From positions 5,952,001 to 6,016,000 of the forward strand of contig OX597822.1 in NCBI GenBank assembly GCA_951406725.2: DNA of 64,000 nucleotides, read 5' to 3'. Source of the DNA: Octopus vulgaris. Its lineage: Eukaryota. Positions 1-12,138 of the stretch are shown here, one piece after another; the first letter of the stretch is position 1; every line of letters starts with the position of its first letter. The position numbers and the translations under genes are program-made. The notes beneath the pieces were generated by a model. The model saw only the letters and a program-made list of their open reading frames with translations. It was not told the DNA's origin and did not search any database.

Positions 1-51
1 CGTGTTTGTTCATTTCTCATTTGGTTGTACATTTATTATTTAATGGAATGT

Positions 52-433
52 CACAGGAGTGGCTGTGTGGTAAGTAGCTTGCTAACCAGCCACATGGTTC
101 CGGGTTCAGTCCCACTGCGAGGCATCTTGGGCAAGTGTCTTCTGCTATAGCCTCGGGCCGACCAATGCCTTGTGAGTGAATTTGGTAGACGGAAACTGAA
201 AGAAGCCTATCGTATATATGTATATATATATATGTATGTGTGTGTCTTTGTTTGTCCCCCCACCATCGCTTGACAACCGATGCTGGTGTGTTTATGTCCC
301 CGTCACTTAGTGGTTCGGCAAAAAGAGACCGATAGAATAAGTACTGGGCTTACAAAGAATAAGTCCCGGGGTCGATTTGCTCGACTAAAGGTGGTGCTCC
401 AGCATGGCCGCAGTCAAATTACTGAAACAAGTA
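52..433 (+). mobile_element. tRNA-derived SINE, family A (head + CORE-like segment + (TA/TG)n linker + tail matching the CR1-group LINE)
   Basis: A/B-box-like head TGGCTGTGTGG...GGTTCAGTCC, CTTGGGCAAGTGTCTT segment, tail GGTGCTCCAGCATGGCCGCAGTC...CTGAAAC; more than a dozen related copies in the window. Confidence 0.9.
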
Positions 434-559
434 AAAAAAAAAAAATCTATATATTCATATGTATATACATACACACACATGTGTATGCCATTGTGTCTGT
501 GTCTCCCACTGCTGTTTGTGTTGTTGACGTATACATATACATATATATATATATATTGC

Positions 560-760
560 ATGTGTACCGTTGGCGATTTTTTTCCCTCCGTCTTCCCTTC
601 CTTGGATCTTTCCTTTTCCTATGTTTCTGACGAAGAGCTCCACTCGAAACGTTAAACACCCCTTCTTTCCTTCTTTCCTGAGCGTCCAATAATACTAGAC
701 TTGTTCCATGTCCTCGCGTTGTTGTGGTTTCTCTTGGTGTTTTCATGTTTGGATTAACAT
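560..760 (+). mobile_element. Short Penelope pLTR/retrozyme-like element carrying a minimal hammerhead motif, between (TA)n tracts
   Basis: Close copy at 22108-22310; contains the hammerhead core; microsatellite on both sides. Confidence 0.7.
622..658 (+). ncRNA. Minimal type I hammerhead ribozyme motif
   Basis: TGTTT-CTGACGA-a-GAG ctcca CTC-GAAA-CG-T-T-AAACA: stem I TGTTT/AAACA, stem II GAG/CTC, palindromic ACGT stem III. Confidence 0.7.
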
Positions 761-767
761 TATATAT

Positions 768-854
<87 letters not shown>

Positions 855-2292
855 CATTTATATATATATATATGCATATATACTGTATTAGATATTTAGG
901 TGCAAAACATATAAATATATATATAAATGTATGTGTGTTTATGGTTTGCACCTAAATATCAAATAATTATTGTAACACTCCATAACAAAGTATTTTATCA
1001 CTTCTTTTAATGAATTTTTAGAGTATTATTTAGCATTAATTATCCTACTTCATTGAATACGAAGATCTGTTTATGTTGATACTTCTCCAATTTTTATTTT
1101 TCCTTTGAAATATGAAATTACCTGTTCATTTAACAATTCAAATAACTTTATTAATTTTTGAAGTGTAAGATAATTATTAGCTTAAGGTGCAAGAATCATC
1201 TTTTGTCATCTGTTTCTCTCTCGTTTTTGCTTCTATTTATTTTGTTAATGGCATTAAGTACTGGTTTTGCTATTACTGGTCTCTTGAAATCAATTGTAAT
1301 TTATATAATACTTACTTTTAACAGAGAAGCTTTCTTTTGTCTCATTATATATTAATTTAAATGCTGATAAAACTGCAGTTGATATCGTTTTCTTTCTTTG
1401 TGTAATCATATATAGTTTTTGTGCAACAATAAATGCATATTTAATGTGTTTTGTTTCCCATTTTAGGTATCTGATACATAATGATTAGGTCTAGATTTCT
1501 TCTATTCCTAAATTCCTTTGTTCAGCATATCACATGACTTACGGTATTATTTTCTTAGTTTTTCTATGCCTTTATTGTTTTATATAAGCATCACATGCTT
1601 TATCAGATATATCAATTTCTTTAAGGAGAATCTCTACAGAATATCTCTTGGAGATAAACTGAATCCTTATTTGCCAATTTATCTATGGATCTACAGTGTA
1701 ATCATTAAATTACTTATTCACGTATCCAAATTGCATTACATACACGGTGTTTCATCTTATCTTTGATGTAATTAATTCTGTAATCTTCTCTATGTAGAAT
1801 CTCTTCATTTGTTTGGTTAAGTCTATTTTTGCATTTTCCATTTCTATTTTAAGTTTAGAATATGTTTGAAACACATATTTTTATAGATGTAATTTTGTTC
1901 CAACACAATTTCCATTTTCTAGATGCCATTTTCTGAATATATAACTTCTTACCAGCAATTTTCTTCATTAGCAGGTTTTGTTTTAGAACTCTAAATTCTT
2001 TCGTATGTGTGTAACGCCATTAAGTTTATGTGTCACTTTCCATTTTTAATTTTTTTGAATTATTTCTACAAAGAAGAGGTTGAATTCTAACTAAGAATCA
2101 AACACTCTCAGTGAAATTTAGCAAACAGAAACAGTAAAAAGTTACATTTTAAACTTTATAAAGGTTTAGCATATTTTTTCTGTCCCTTTCATGACTGAAT
2201 TTGTAGGATATATATTACATTGTCAGCTTTTTGAGTTGAAAGTAAAAGATTTTCTAAACAATTATTGAATCACTTAGTAACATAATCAACTG

Positions 2293-2688
2293 GTGTGTAT
2301 GTTCTACCTGAGAGGTTCCTGCTGGCATGGAAAGGAAGGTGCAGGCTGCCGCTTTGCACATCAGGGACCCTGCCACAGAGACACGAGGCAGATGGACAAA
2401 CCATCAACACAAAGAAAAGGGATGGACCACGCACCACCTGCCCCAAAGCGGAGGTACGCAGATGTTGTGCGCGCCACAAACAGCCAACATGATGTTGTCG
2501 AAAGAGCAGCTGCTGAGCAACAATCTTTTTTGTGCATGGCACAAAAGATTGTACAGCAGCTGACCTGGCTTCATCAAACCCAAGCCCGCAGGTGGGACTA
2601 CCCACTATATACCAGACCACCACAGCAAACAGACACAGGATGGACACCGCCGGCAACAACGTACACCTCACCTCGATACTCCTACTGA
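2293..2688 (+). CDS. LINE ORF1 C-terminal fragment with CCCH zinc finger
   Basis: CMFYLRGSCWHGKEGAGCRFAH (C-x7-C-x8-C-x3-H); stop overlaps the ORF2 start. Confidence 0.6.
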   Translation: MCMFYLRGSCWHGKEGAGCRFAHQGPCHRDTRQMDKPSTQRKGMDHAPPAPKRRYADVVRATNSQHDVVERAAAEQQSFLCMAQKIVQQLTWLHQTQARRWDYPLYTRPPQQTDTGWTPPATTYTSPRYSY

Positions 2689-5636
2689 ACATCAGAGGAC
2701 TGCAAACACTCAGTAACAGGACAAAGATCCCGTTCCTGAAAGACTTTGTTGCATGCAATCAAGCCATATGCATAGCACTTACAGAAACGCACCTGAAACC
2801 GGACATAGCAGATGCGGAGTTACACATACCACAGTATGCTGTACTACGGACCGACAGGAAAGAAAGGAGTCATGGAGGTGTTGCTATGTACATCCGTGAG
2901 GACCTCACACCCCAGGTCCTCTTGTCATACTCAAACTCGGTGTGTGACACACTAATTGTACATATTAGGCAACTTGATGTAGTTGTGTGTGCTACATATC
3001 GCCCTCCAGATGCCCCAAGCCATGTGGGCAAGTTTGAAGACTGCCTTATAAATATAGAAGAAATTCTAACCACATTAGAACAACACATAGGTGTGCTTCT
3101 TATGGGAGACTTCAATCTGCCCAATGTCAGATGGCCCGAGGGCCTTTCTCTCCCAGGAATGACAAGATGTGAACGAGGACAGGCGAGGTCCCTCCTGAAC
3201 CTCATCAACACCCTGTACATGGAGCAGGTAATACTCCAACCAACCAGGGCAAGTAACACACTGGATCTCTGCTTCACAAATGACATGGATCTCATCCATA
3301 ATGTGAAAGTGACACCGACACTACTCTCGGATCACAACATGATAGAGCTGACCATGTACGGGCCAAAAGAGAGCACGGACATGCAGCCTACAAGAAACCC
3401 TCAAAATCTTTCCAGCTTGAACTACCATAAGGCAAACTGGAAACAAATTGAGAAAGAGATCCTCAAACAAAACTGGCCTAAATGTCTCTCCTCGCCAGAC
3501 ATCGACGTGAAACTTCAACAATTCATGTCTGTAATGCAAGCCATATGCTACAAATGTGTCCCAGAGAGAAAGGCCACTGTACACAAGAACAAAATCCCCA
3601 GAGAGAGGAAAATTTTAATGAGACGGCGTACGAAATTTTCAAATCGCCTAAACAAACAGATTGAAAGCAGTGAAAAGTCCCGCCTAAAAATAAAACTGTT
3701 GGAAATCGAAAAATGTCTGCAACTCTCCCATGAAAAAGAAAGAGCAGACAAAGAAGCCTGGGCTATAGAAAACATAAAATCTAACCCCAGAGCTTTCTAC
3801 AGGTATGCCAAAGAAACAGCTACGGTGCACTGTAGGATAGGGCCACTCCTCGAAAAGGATGGCACACTTACAGGAAAACCAATGAGGGTAAGTGAAATAC
3901 TGAATGAGCAATTCAATAGTGTTTTCACTCCACCCCTTGGGCATCTCCAAATCACCAATCCAACTGACTTTTTTACCACTGCAGATATAAAATCAGAGGC
4001 GGCGACGATAGATTACATCGATATAAAGGAAGACGATGTAACCAAGGCTATAGATGAAATGAAAACAGACTCAGCTACTGGCCCCGATGGATTCCCGGCA
4101 ATCCTCCTAAAAGCATGTAAGAGAGTCCTAGCAAGACCACTGCAGTTCCTCTTTCAGATCTTCCTTGCAGCTGGCAAACTTCCAGGAAAACTGAAGGAAG
4201 GTAAAATATGCCCCATTCATAAAGGAGGTAGCAGAGCGGAAGCCAAGAACTATAGACCTATCTCTCTGACCTCACACATCAGCAAGGTCATGGAACGAAT
4301 AGTCAGAAGGAAGCTGATCACCTTCCTTGAAGAGAATGACTTGCTGCCCGACACCCAACATGGTTTCCGACCAGGGAGAAGCTGTTTAACTCAGCTCCTA
4401 CAACACTATGACTGGGTGCTGAAACGGCTGCTCAACCACTCAAATGTGGAAGTGATATATCTCGACTTTGCAAAGGCCTTTGATAAAGTCGATCATGGAA
4501 TGATGTGTCACAAACTGCGTGATCTCAACATAGTTGGAAAACTGGGAGAATGGCTTCATGACTTTCTGAAGGATAGAAGTCAGGTGGTAGTAGCCAATGG
4601 GGCCACCTCCATTAACACACAAATAGTGAGCGGTGTTCCGCAGGGCACTGTTCTGGGACCACTACTGTTCATAATGGCCCTCTCAGACATGCCCTCAGCC
4701 ACGCAGAGAGCCACGATCACAAGTTATGCAGATGATACAAAAGTTTCACAGGCAATACAGAACCCTGAGGACACTAAACACCTGCAATGTGAGCTGGACG
4801 AAATATACAAGTGGGCTGAAAAGAATAGCATGCAGTTCAATGCTGGAAAGTTTCAAGCTTTATACTATCAGCATGCAAAACTGAATGCAATACCCAATGA
4901 ATACACTGGACCCGGAGGGATTGCAATCCCAGAGGCACAATCAGTGCGTGACCTGGGTATTCACATGAGTGATGACGCGACCTTTCATGTACATGTTGCT
5001 AAACTGACAATGAAATGTAGACGGCTGGCTGGATGGATTCTTAGAACCTTTAGAACAAGAGAACAAGAAACCATGATGGTCCTCTGGAAGACACTTGTCC
5101 TAAGCCACTTTGACTATTGCTCTCAGCTATGGTCACCATCCAGTGTCAAGTTGATCACAGAACTTGAGGCGATCCAACGAAGCTACACAAAGAAGATAGC
5201 CTCTATGCAGAATGTAAGCTACTGGGAAAGACTCAAGAGATTAAAATTATATTCCCTGGAGCGTAGGCGGGAAAGATATGCCATAATATACATCTGAAAG
5301 ATCCTGGAGGGAAGTGTCCTGAACTTTGGCATCGAGAGTTACGCAAATGCCAGAACTGGGCGCCACTGCGTGGTGCCTAGGACTCCAAACCTGCCATCAA
5401 GATGTAGGACAAGATTCTGTGATAGCCTGGGCTTCCGAGGTCCACAGCTCTTCAATATCCTCCCGAAGAACCTGAGAGACCTGCATGGGGTGGATACAGA
5501 TGTCTTTAAAATGAAGCTGGATCTCTTCCTGTCAGGTGTCCCAGATGAACCAACTTCACGGCAGGAGGGGCAGATGAGGGCAGCTGCATCGAACTCTCTC
5601 ATGCACCAAATAGCAGTTGCTAGAAAGCCTCCATGA
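2640..5636 (+). pseudogene. LINE ORF2 (APE endonuclease + reverse transcriptase) with one in-frame stop at 5295-5297
   Basis: LNIRGL, LTETHL, GDFN, SDH (APE); NYRPISLTS, QHGFRPGRSC, YLDFAKAFDKV, SGVPQGTVLGP, YADD (RT); same frame continues to 5636. Confidence 0.93.
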
Positions 5637-5911
5637 AGTGAAACCAAGTAGCAACACCAAATGGCGGTGCCCCAGCATGGCCACAGCTCATAAGCTGAAA
5701 CTAGAATCAATCAATCAATCAAAACTGCACCAATGATTATAAGAACAAGCTTAAATTTGTAATTTGGGAAGATAAGTTATACATTTTGAAGCTGTTGTCT
5801 ATAAATACTCATGTTAAACTGTTGTAGCTTGATGGCCTTTTCCAAAAAAAAAAATGTCTCAAAAAATACACTCCCAGGTCTGGTTTGTAAATCTGGGCTT
5901 TCAATAATCTA

Positions 5912-7201
5912 TCAGTTCATCTCATATGTTCTGTCCGATTTTACCTTTTTTTAAAATTGAATGAAATTTAATAGTATTTTAGAATGTCTAATGGAATTAA
6001 AAATTATTTTTCTGCATTTGTGTACATTTAAACTAATTAAATATTATTTTACTGAATAATAGAATTAAAATTTCTTTGATTAAAACCCTTTCTAACATGG
6101 AAGCATCCAAAGAGCATTTGAGGCACATAATGCTTTATGAGTACAAAAATTGAAACTCTGCAGCTGAATCAACGTGAAAAATACACTCAGTTTATGGGAA
6201 AGAATGCTTGAATGAAAGAACTTGCAGAAGATGATGGTTTGCAAAATTCAGAAGTGGAGATTTCAGCCTTGAAGATGAAGATCGAACAGGACGTCCAGTT
6301 GAATTTGATGATAAGCTCCTTGAGGCATTACTTGAAGAAAATCCTGCATTATCAGTTGAAGAATTGGCAATAAAGCTTAGTTCAAACCATACAACTGCTC
6401 ATCATTATCTTCAACAACTTGGAAAAGCTCCTAAACTTGGAAAATGGGTGCCTCATAAATTGTCTGAAAGCAACCACAAATCCCGAGTTGACATCTGGTC
6501 TTCTCTCCATTCTCACAAATTCATTTCAGCCTTTTTGGATAGACTTGTGACTGGTGACGAAAAATGGATCTTCTATCGAAATGTTAAACGTCGTAAACAG
6601 TGGCTTGGTAAAAGGAAAAAGCTCAACCACAACCGAGAAGAGAACTTCATGGGAAAAAGGTTCTTCTCTCTATCTGGTGGGATTGCAAAGGAGTAATTCA
6701 CTTTGAATTGTTACCACCTAATGCAACAATCAATACTCAAGTCTACTGTCAGCAATTAGAGCGTTTGAACCAAGCTTTGAAGAAAAAAAGACCCGCTTTA
6801 GTGAATCAAAAAGGAGTGATGTTTCATCAGGACAATGCGTGACTCCACACTGCAAAGATCACATCACAGAAGATCGAAGAGCTTGGTTTTGAAAAAATTC
6901 CTCATCCACCTTATTCTCCCGAACTTGCTCCTTCAAACTACCATTTGTTTCGTAGTTTACAGAATCATTTGGGGGACATAACTTTCGCAAGCCGGGAGGA
7001 GGTCGAAACTGACATTTCAGAGTTCTTCGCTTTGAAACCAAAAGAGTTTTACATTGATGGGATTAAAAAGCTTGTAAATAGATGGAAGGAAGTCATAGAT
7101 AATCGGGGAAAGTACATTGATGATTAAATTTCAATTAAATATAACATTTGATCACTTGCTTTCTTTATTCAAATTTGGACAGAACTTATGGGATGACCTG
7201 A
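5912..7201 (+). mobile_element. Full-length decayed mariner (DD34D-type) transposon
   Basis: ~30-bp imperfect TIRs (TCAGTTCATCTCATATGTTCTGTCC / GGACAGAACTTATGGGATGACCTGA), TA on both sides, 1290 bp. Confidence 0.92.
6097..7127 (+). pseudogene. Mariner transposase pseudogene
   Basis: WFAKFRSG, GRP, WVPHKL, TGDEKW, HQDNA, HPPYSPELAPSNYHLF; several stops and frameshifts. Confidence 0.92.
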
Positions 7202-7306
7202 TAATTTTGTCCCTGTTAAAATATATATATGATTGTTAGTGTGTCCTGAATGTCATGCTGAGTATATATATTTATATATGCATGTGTATATATCTATATG
7301 TATATA

Positions 7307-7460
7307 TCATCATCATCATCTCCATCATTTAACGTCTGCTTTCCATGCAGGCATGGGTTGGCTGGTTTGACAGATGCTAGTTAGGCAGAAGACTGTACCT
7401 GCTTCTATCAGTTTTGGCATGGTTTTTATGGCTGGATGACCTTTCCAATACCAACTAAAT
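7307..7460 (-). mobile_element. Degenerate retroelement 3' end with (GAT)n tail
   Basis: (CAT)n followed by TTTAACGTCTGCTTTCCATGCAGGCATGGGTTGG; similar remnants after (CAT)n near 12550 and 16600. Confidence 0.45.
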
Positions 7461-7623
7461 ATATAAATATATTTTACAATGTACAAATATGTACTTCACG
7501 ATAAAATTATTTTAGCATTTTCTACCTTGTCTTATTTTCCTTATACATATCGACTTGTGTTGCTTTTCTACCTTCTACACATATGTATATATGTATACAC
7601 ACACATTTATATATATATATATA

Positions 7624-7854
7624 TTTCTTTACTACCCACAAGGGGCTAAACACAGAGGGGATAAACAAGGACAGACAAACAGATTAAGTCGATTATATCG
7701 ACCCCAGTGCATAACTGGTACTTAATTTATCGACCCCGAAAGGATGAAAAGCAAAGTCGACCTTGGCGGAATCTGAACTCAGAACGTAACGGCAGACAAA
7801 ATACGGCTACACATTTCGCCCGGCGTGCTAACGTTTCTGCCAGCTCGCCACCTT
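7624..7854 (-). mobile_element. tRNA-derived SINE, family B (tail 1)
   Basis: Reverse complement of the family B head GGCGAGCTGGCAGAAACGTTAGC, body GTCGACTTTG(C/T)...CCTTTCGGGGTCGAT and tail TAGCCCCTTGTGGGTAGTAAAGAAAT; (TA)n flanks. Confidence 0.9.
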
Positions 7855-7947
7855 GAAATATATATATATATAAGTCCATATCCATATCTCTATAAATCCA
7901 CATCAATATTTATTTCTATCTACATGTATATCCTGTATCTATATCTA

Positions 7948-8690
7948 CCGGGTGCACGGGCTAAATTTGATGAGTTGGCATCGGCTTTTCTATGTGTTGG
8001 AGACATAGAGATTAAAGTTGTAGTTGAGATAAAATCAACTGATATGAAGGACTGGAAGCCATCTAAATATTGGAAAAGAGTTAACTCTATTGTCATGGTT
8101 TGCAACATATATCAAAATGTCGACATCATGACTGCCAGTCAATGCTCTGTGAATGCTGTAAAAGCTGTAACACATGATATGGACAGCTGCAACAGAGACT
8201 ATGAAGCCATGTCCAGAAGGATGGTAATGGTCTTCGGGTATGTCTCTGTGAGGGTGATATGCTACTCCACATCTTTGATAAGAGCCTTTGACTCAATTCA
8301 GACAGCTATACGAAGCTGCTGGAGACTGTGGTCAAACTCTGGCTGGAGAGGGTTGCTGCTGGAAGGCCATGTAAGTAGCAACGGCATATGGTTCCTTGCT
8401 GTACCTCAAGAAAGAGTCAAAAGGGGTTGTCAGAGAATTTCTGTGACTTCACCATCTCCAATTTCTGGCCTCTTAATTCCTCTGATTGTAATCCCATGGA
8501 TTTACTAAGAGCAAGATGTAGTTGAGAAAGATACCAACTACTCTGCCTACAACACCAAAGCTGAGCTGCTGACCAAGATCAAAGGTGGTGTTTGTAGATC
8601 TTCCCAGGGACAGAGTGAGGAATGCATCCACCAGGTTCCAGAGCTGCCTTGAGGCCATCACAGAAGCTGAGGGTTGCTAATTTGACTAAA
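7948..8690 (+). mobile_element. Degraded Tc1/mariner-superfamily element (DD37D/maT-like)
   Basis: TA-CCGGGTG start; remnant NFWPLNSSDCNPMD...VVEKDTN resembling the WPPNSPDLNPLD motif. Confidence 0.55.
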
Positions 8691-8736
8691 TGTTATCTCC
8701 CAGCCACAGTCCAGTTGACATGTTTTGATGTTTTAA

Positions 8737-8958
8737 CACTTTTGTTACCAACCCAGCTGAAACCAGCTCTGGCTCTGAGTACAAATGTCTTGTTTTTTCA
8801 TAAGTTCTGAATTAAAATCTTCCACCAAACCTTAGTCACAGTTTATGTTTCTAGCATGAGCTTAATGATAACTAAGTTATTTTACTAAATTCTTTGTTAT
8901 ATTTAAAGAAATTGAAAGAAACACAGAATATCTCAACAGAAATACAGTAACGAAAGGG
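8737..8958. mobile_element. piggyBac-like MITE
   Basis: TTAA at 8733-8736 and 8959-8962; TIRs CACTTTTGTTAC / GTAACGAAAGGG; older relative near 41195-41445. Confidence 0.75.
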
Positions 8959-9451
8959 TTAAAATACTTGTATTTTTGGATGGGATATAGTATTTTCTTT
9001 TCCTTTAATGCAAACTGTCAAATTTAGCCTAAGCACCGTGTTCTCAACACACCAACATTGTATACAGTCACTGGTCACATGTGCTCTATATACAACCACA
9101 TTTCTTTTCCTTGTTTCAGTTATTAGACAGAGGCCAAACTGGGGCCCCACCTTGAATTGTTAGTTGAATGAAATGACCCCAGTATTTATATTTTTTTAAA
9201 GTCTGGTTCTTATTTTGTTGGTCTCGATTGCTGAACTGCTAAGTTATAGGGATGTAAAAATCCCTACAGTGGTTGTCAAGTGGTGGTGGTCTATCAAATC
9301 CATTCACAAAGCTTTGGTTGGTCAGAGGTTCTAACAGACACCCTAGGTGCCAAACTCTGGGACTGAACCCAGAGCCATGTAGTTGGGAAGCAAACTTCTT
9401 ACCACACTGCCACACAAACATATCCAAACTACATGCTACAGACAATCACAT

Positions 9452-10198
9452 GCATGTATTCACAAATACACCTACATGTGTTCACAAATACATCTACATG
9501 TATTCACAAATACACCTACATGTATTCAAAAATACACCTACATGTATTCACAAATACACCTACATGTATTCACAAATACGCCTACATGTATTCACAAACA
9601 CACCTACATGTATTCACAAACACAACTACATGTATTCACAAACACACCTACATGTGTTCACAAATACATCTACATGTATTCACAAATACACCTACATATA
9701 TTAACAAATACACCTACATGTGTTCAAAAATACACCTACATGTGTTCACAAATACACCTACATGTATTCACAAATACACATACATGTGTTCACAAATACA
9801 CCTACATGTGTTCACAAATACACCAACATGTATTCAAAAATACACCTACATGTGTTCACAAATACACCTACATGTATTCACAAACACATCTACATATATT
9901 CAAAAATACACCTACATGTATTCACAAATACACCTACATGTATTCACAAATACGCCTACATGTGTTCAAAAATACACCTACATGTGTTCACAAATACACC
10001 TACATGTATTCACAAATACACATACATGTGTTCACAAATACACCTACATGTGTTCACAAATACACCTACATGTATTCAAAAATACACCTACATGTGTTCA
10101 CAAATACACCTACATGTATTCACAAACACACCTACATATATTCAAAAATACACCTACATGTATTCAAAAATACACCTACATGTATTCAAAAATACATC
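9452..10198 (+). repeat. 22-bp minisatellite (CCTACATGTATTCACAAATACA), about 34 copies
   Basis: Direct inspection; accounts for the periodic ORFs 9273-10479. Confidence 0.95.
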
Positions 10199-10351
10199 TG
10201 CATCCACACTACACAAAATCCTATGCACACATTCATAAACGCATCCACGTTACACATGTGGCATGCTACATCAACACTACCCTCAGTTACATTTACCTCT
10301 TCCTAAGCTTGTCTCTATTGCACACTGTCACAAGCACATATTCTTACATGA

Positions 10352-10569
10352 AAGGTGGCGAGCTGGCAGACTCGTTAGCACGCCGGGCGAAATGCGTAGC
10401 CGTATTTTGTCTGCCGTTATGTTCTGAGTTCAAATTCCGTCGAGGTCGACTTTGCCTTTCATCCTTTCAGGGTCGATAAATTAAGTACCAGTTACGCCCT
10501 GGGGTCGATGTAATCGACATAATCCATTTGTCCCCTCTGTGTTTAGCCCCTTGTGGGTAATAAAGAAAT
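10352..10569 (+). mobile_element. SINE family B (tail 1) with 13-bp TSD
   Basis: TSD ACATATTCTTACA at 10336-10348 and 10570-10582. Confidence 0.9.
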
Positions 10570-11509
10570 ACATATTCTTACACACAGCCATTGCAAACTA
10601 CATTCGATCAATGAGAAGCACAGGCACCACCCACATCTTACAAATACTCACACGATAGAAAATACATATAATAACATACAGATGTTCACAGTCATGCATT
10701 GTTACATAGTCACAAAAACACCCAATGAAAATTATGCACACACTTACACACATATGCACACAAGCGCACACACTCACACGTACACATGGACAGACACACA
10801 CATACAAACACACACAAACACATACACACACCCACACCCACACACACACTCACACACATATGCACAGGCACATGCACACAATCACATATGCACACACACA
10901 CAAACACACACAAACACATACACTCACTCATACACACACACATATGCACAGACATGCACATGATCACATATGCACACACACACACACACACAAACACATA
11001 CACCCACCCACACCCCCACACACACTCACACACATATGCACACGATCACATATGCACACAAACACACACACACACATACATGCACACATATACACACAAA
11101 CCATTTCCCATAAAGACTGGAAAATAAAAGTTATGACACTTTAATGATATAACTATTAAATAGATAACTGAACATAATAATAATATGTCTGTGATAAACA
11201 TAATGAATATAATATCCTGAGATAATAAATCACAGTAGATAATCTTAACTCATGGGAATAAATATGCATCGGCCTGGCTGTGTGGTTAACATGTTGACTT
11301 CCCAGCAACATGGTTTCATGTTCAATGCCAATTGTAGATCATGTCTCTCATCAAAAGCTTTGATTGACCAAAATTTCCGAGTGAAATTCGGAACCAGCAC
11401 AGCAGCTACTCAAGGGAGCTGCCTGGTTTAATAGTACTACCTGTCACTTAAGTTTCCTTTCAAGCCAATGGTGATGCCTCTATGTGGTTGCTTGACATGC
11501 TAGAAATAC

Positions 11510-11885
11510 TGGGTTCAGTCCCACAGCGTGGCACTTTGGACAAGTATCTTCTACTATAGCCTTGGGCTAACCAAACCCTTGTGAGTGGATTTGGTAGAGG
11601 AAACTGAAAGAAACCCGTTGTATATATATTTCTTTACTACCCACAAGGGGCTAAACACAGAGAGGACAAACAAGGACAGACAAAGGGATTAAGTCGATTA
11701 CATCGACCCCAGTGCACAACTGGTACTTAATTTATCGACCCTGAAAGGATGAAAGGCAAAGTCGACCCCGGCGGAATTTGAACTTAGAACGTAACGGCAG
11801 ATGAAATACGGCCACGCATTTCGCCCGGCGTGCTAACGTTTCTGCCAGCTCGCCGCCTTATATACACCTGTTGTATATATGCATG

Positions 11886-11920
<35 letters not shown>

Positions 11921-12138
11921 ATGTTTGTGTGTCTGTTCTGTGTTTGTCCCCCCAACATTGCTTGACAACCGATGGTGGTATGTTTACGTCCCCATAACTT
12001 AGCCATTCGGCAAAAGAAACCAATAGAATAAGTACTAGGCTTACAAAGAATAAGTCCTAGGGTCGATTTGCTCGACTAAAGGTGGTGCTCCAGCATGGCC
12101 ACAGTCAAATGACTGAAACAAGTAAAAGAGTAAAAGAG
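11510..12138 (+). mobile_element. SINE family A interrupted by a family B copy
   Basis: Family A 5' part 11510-11627 and 3' part 11870-12138. Confidence 0.85.
11628..11859 (-). mobile_element. SINE family B (tail 1) nested in the (TA)n linker of a family A SINE
   Basis: TSD GTTGTATATAT at 11617-11627 and 11870-11880. Confidence 0.88.

Larger units (their letters stand above)
2290..5720 (+). mobile_element. 5'-truncated CR1-group (CR1/Zenon-like) LINE with (AATC)n tail
   Basis: End of ORF1, APE+RT ORF2, 3' stem-loop, AATC repeats at about 5705-5720. Confidence 0.93.

Noticed and set aside
280-951. Short ORFs with YI/HT/CV runs here and throughout the window
   Set aside because: Translations of (TA)n and (CA)n microsatellites and SINE sequence.
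6920-6950. Third catalytic Asp reads Asn (SNYHLF), as in SETMAR
   Set aside because: The copy has many stops and frameshifts and no SET domain; ordinary decay.
9273-10479. Long Cys/His-rich ORFs, or a CRISPR-like array
   Set aside because: Contiguous 22-bp tandem repeat with no unique spacers; eukaryotic context with no cas genes.
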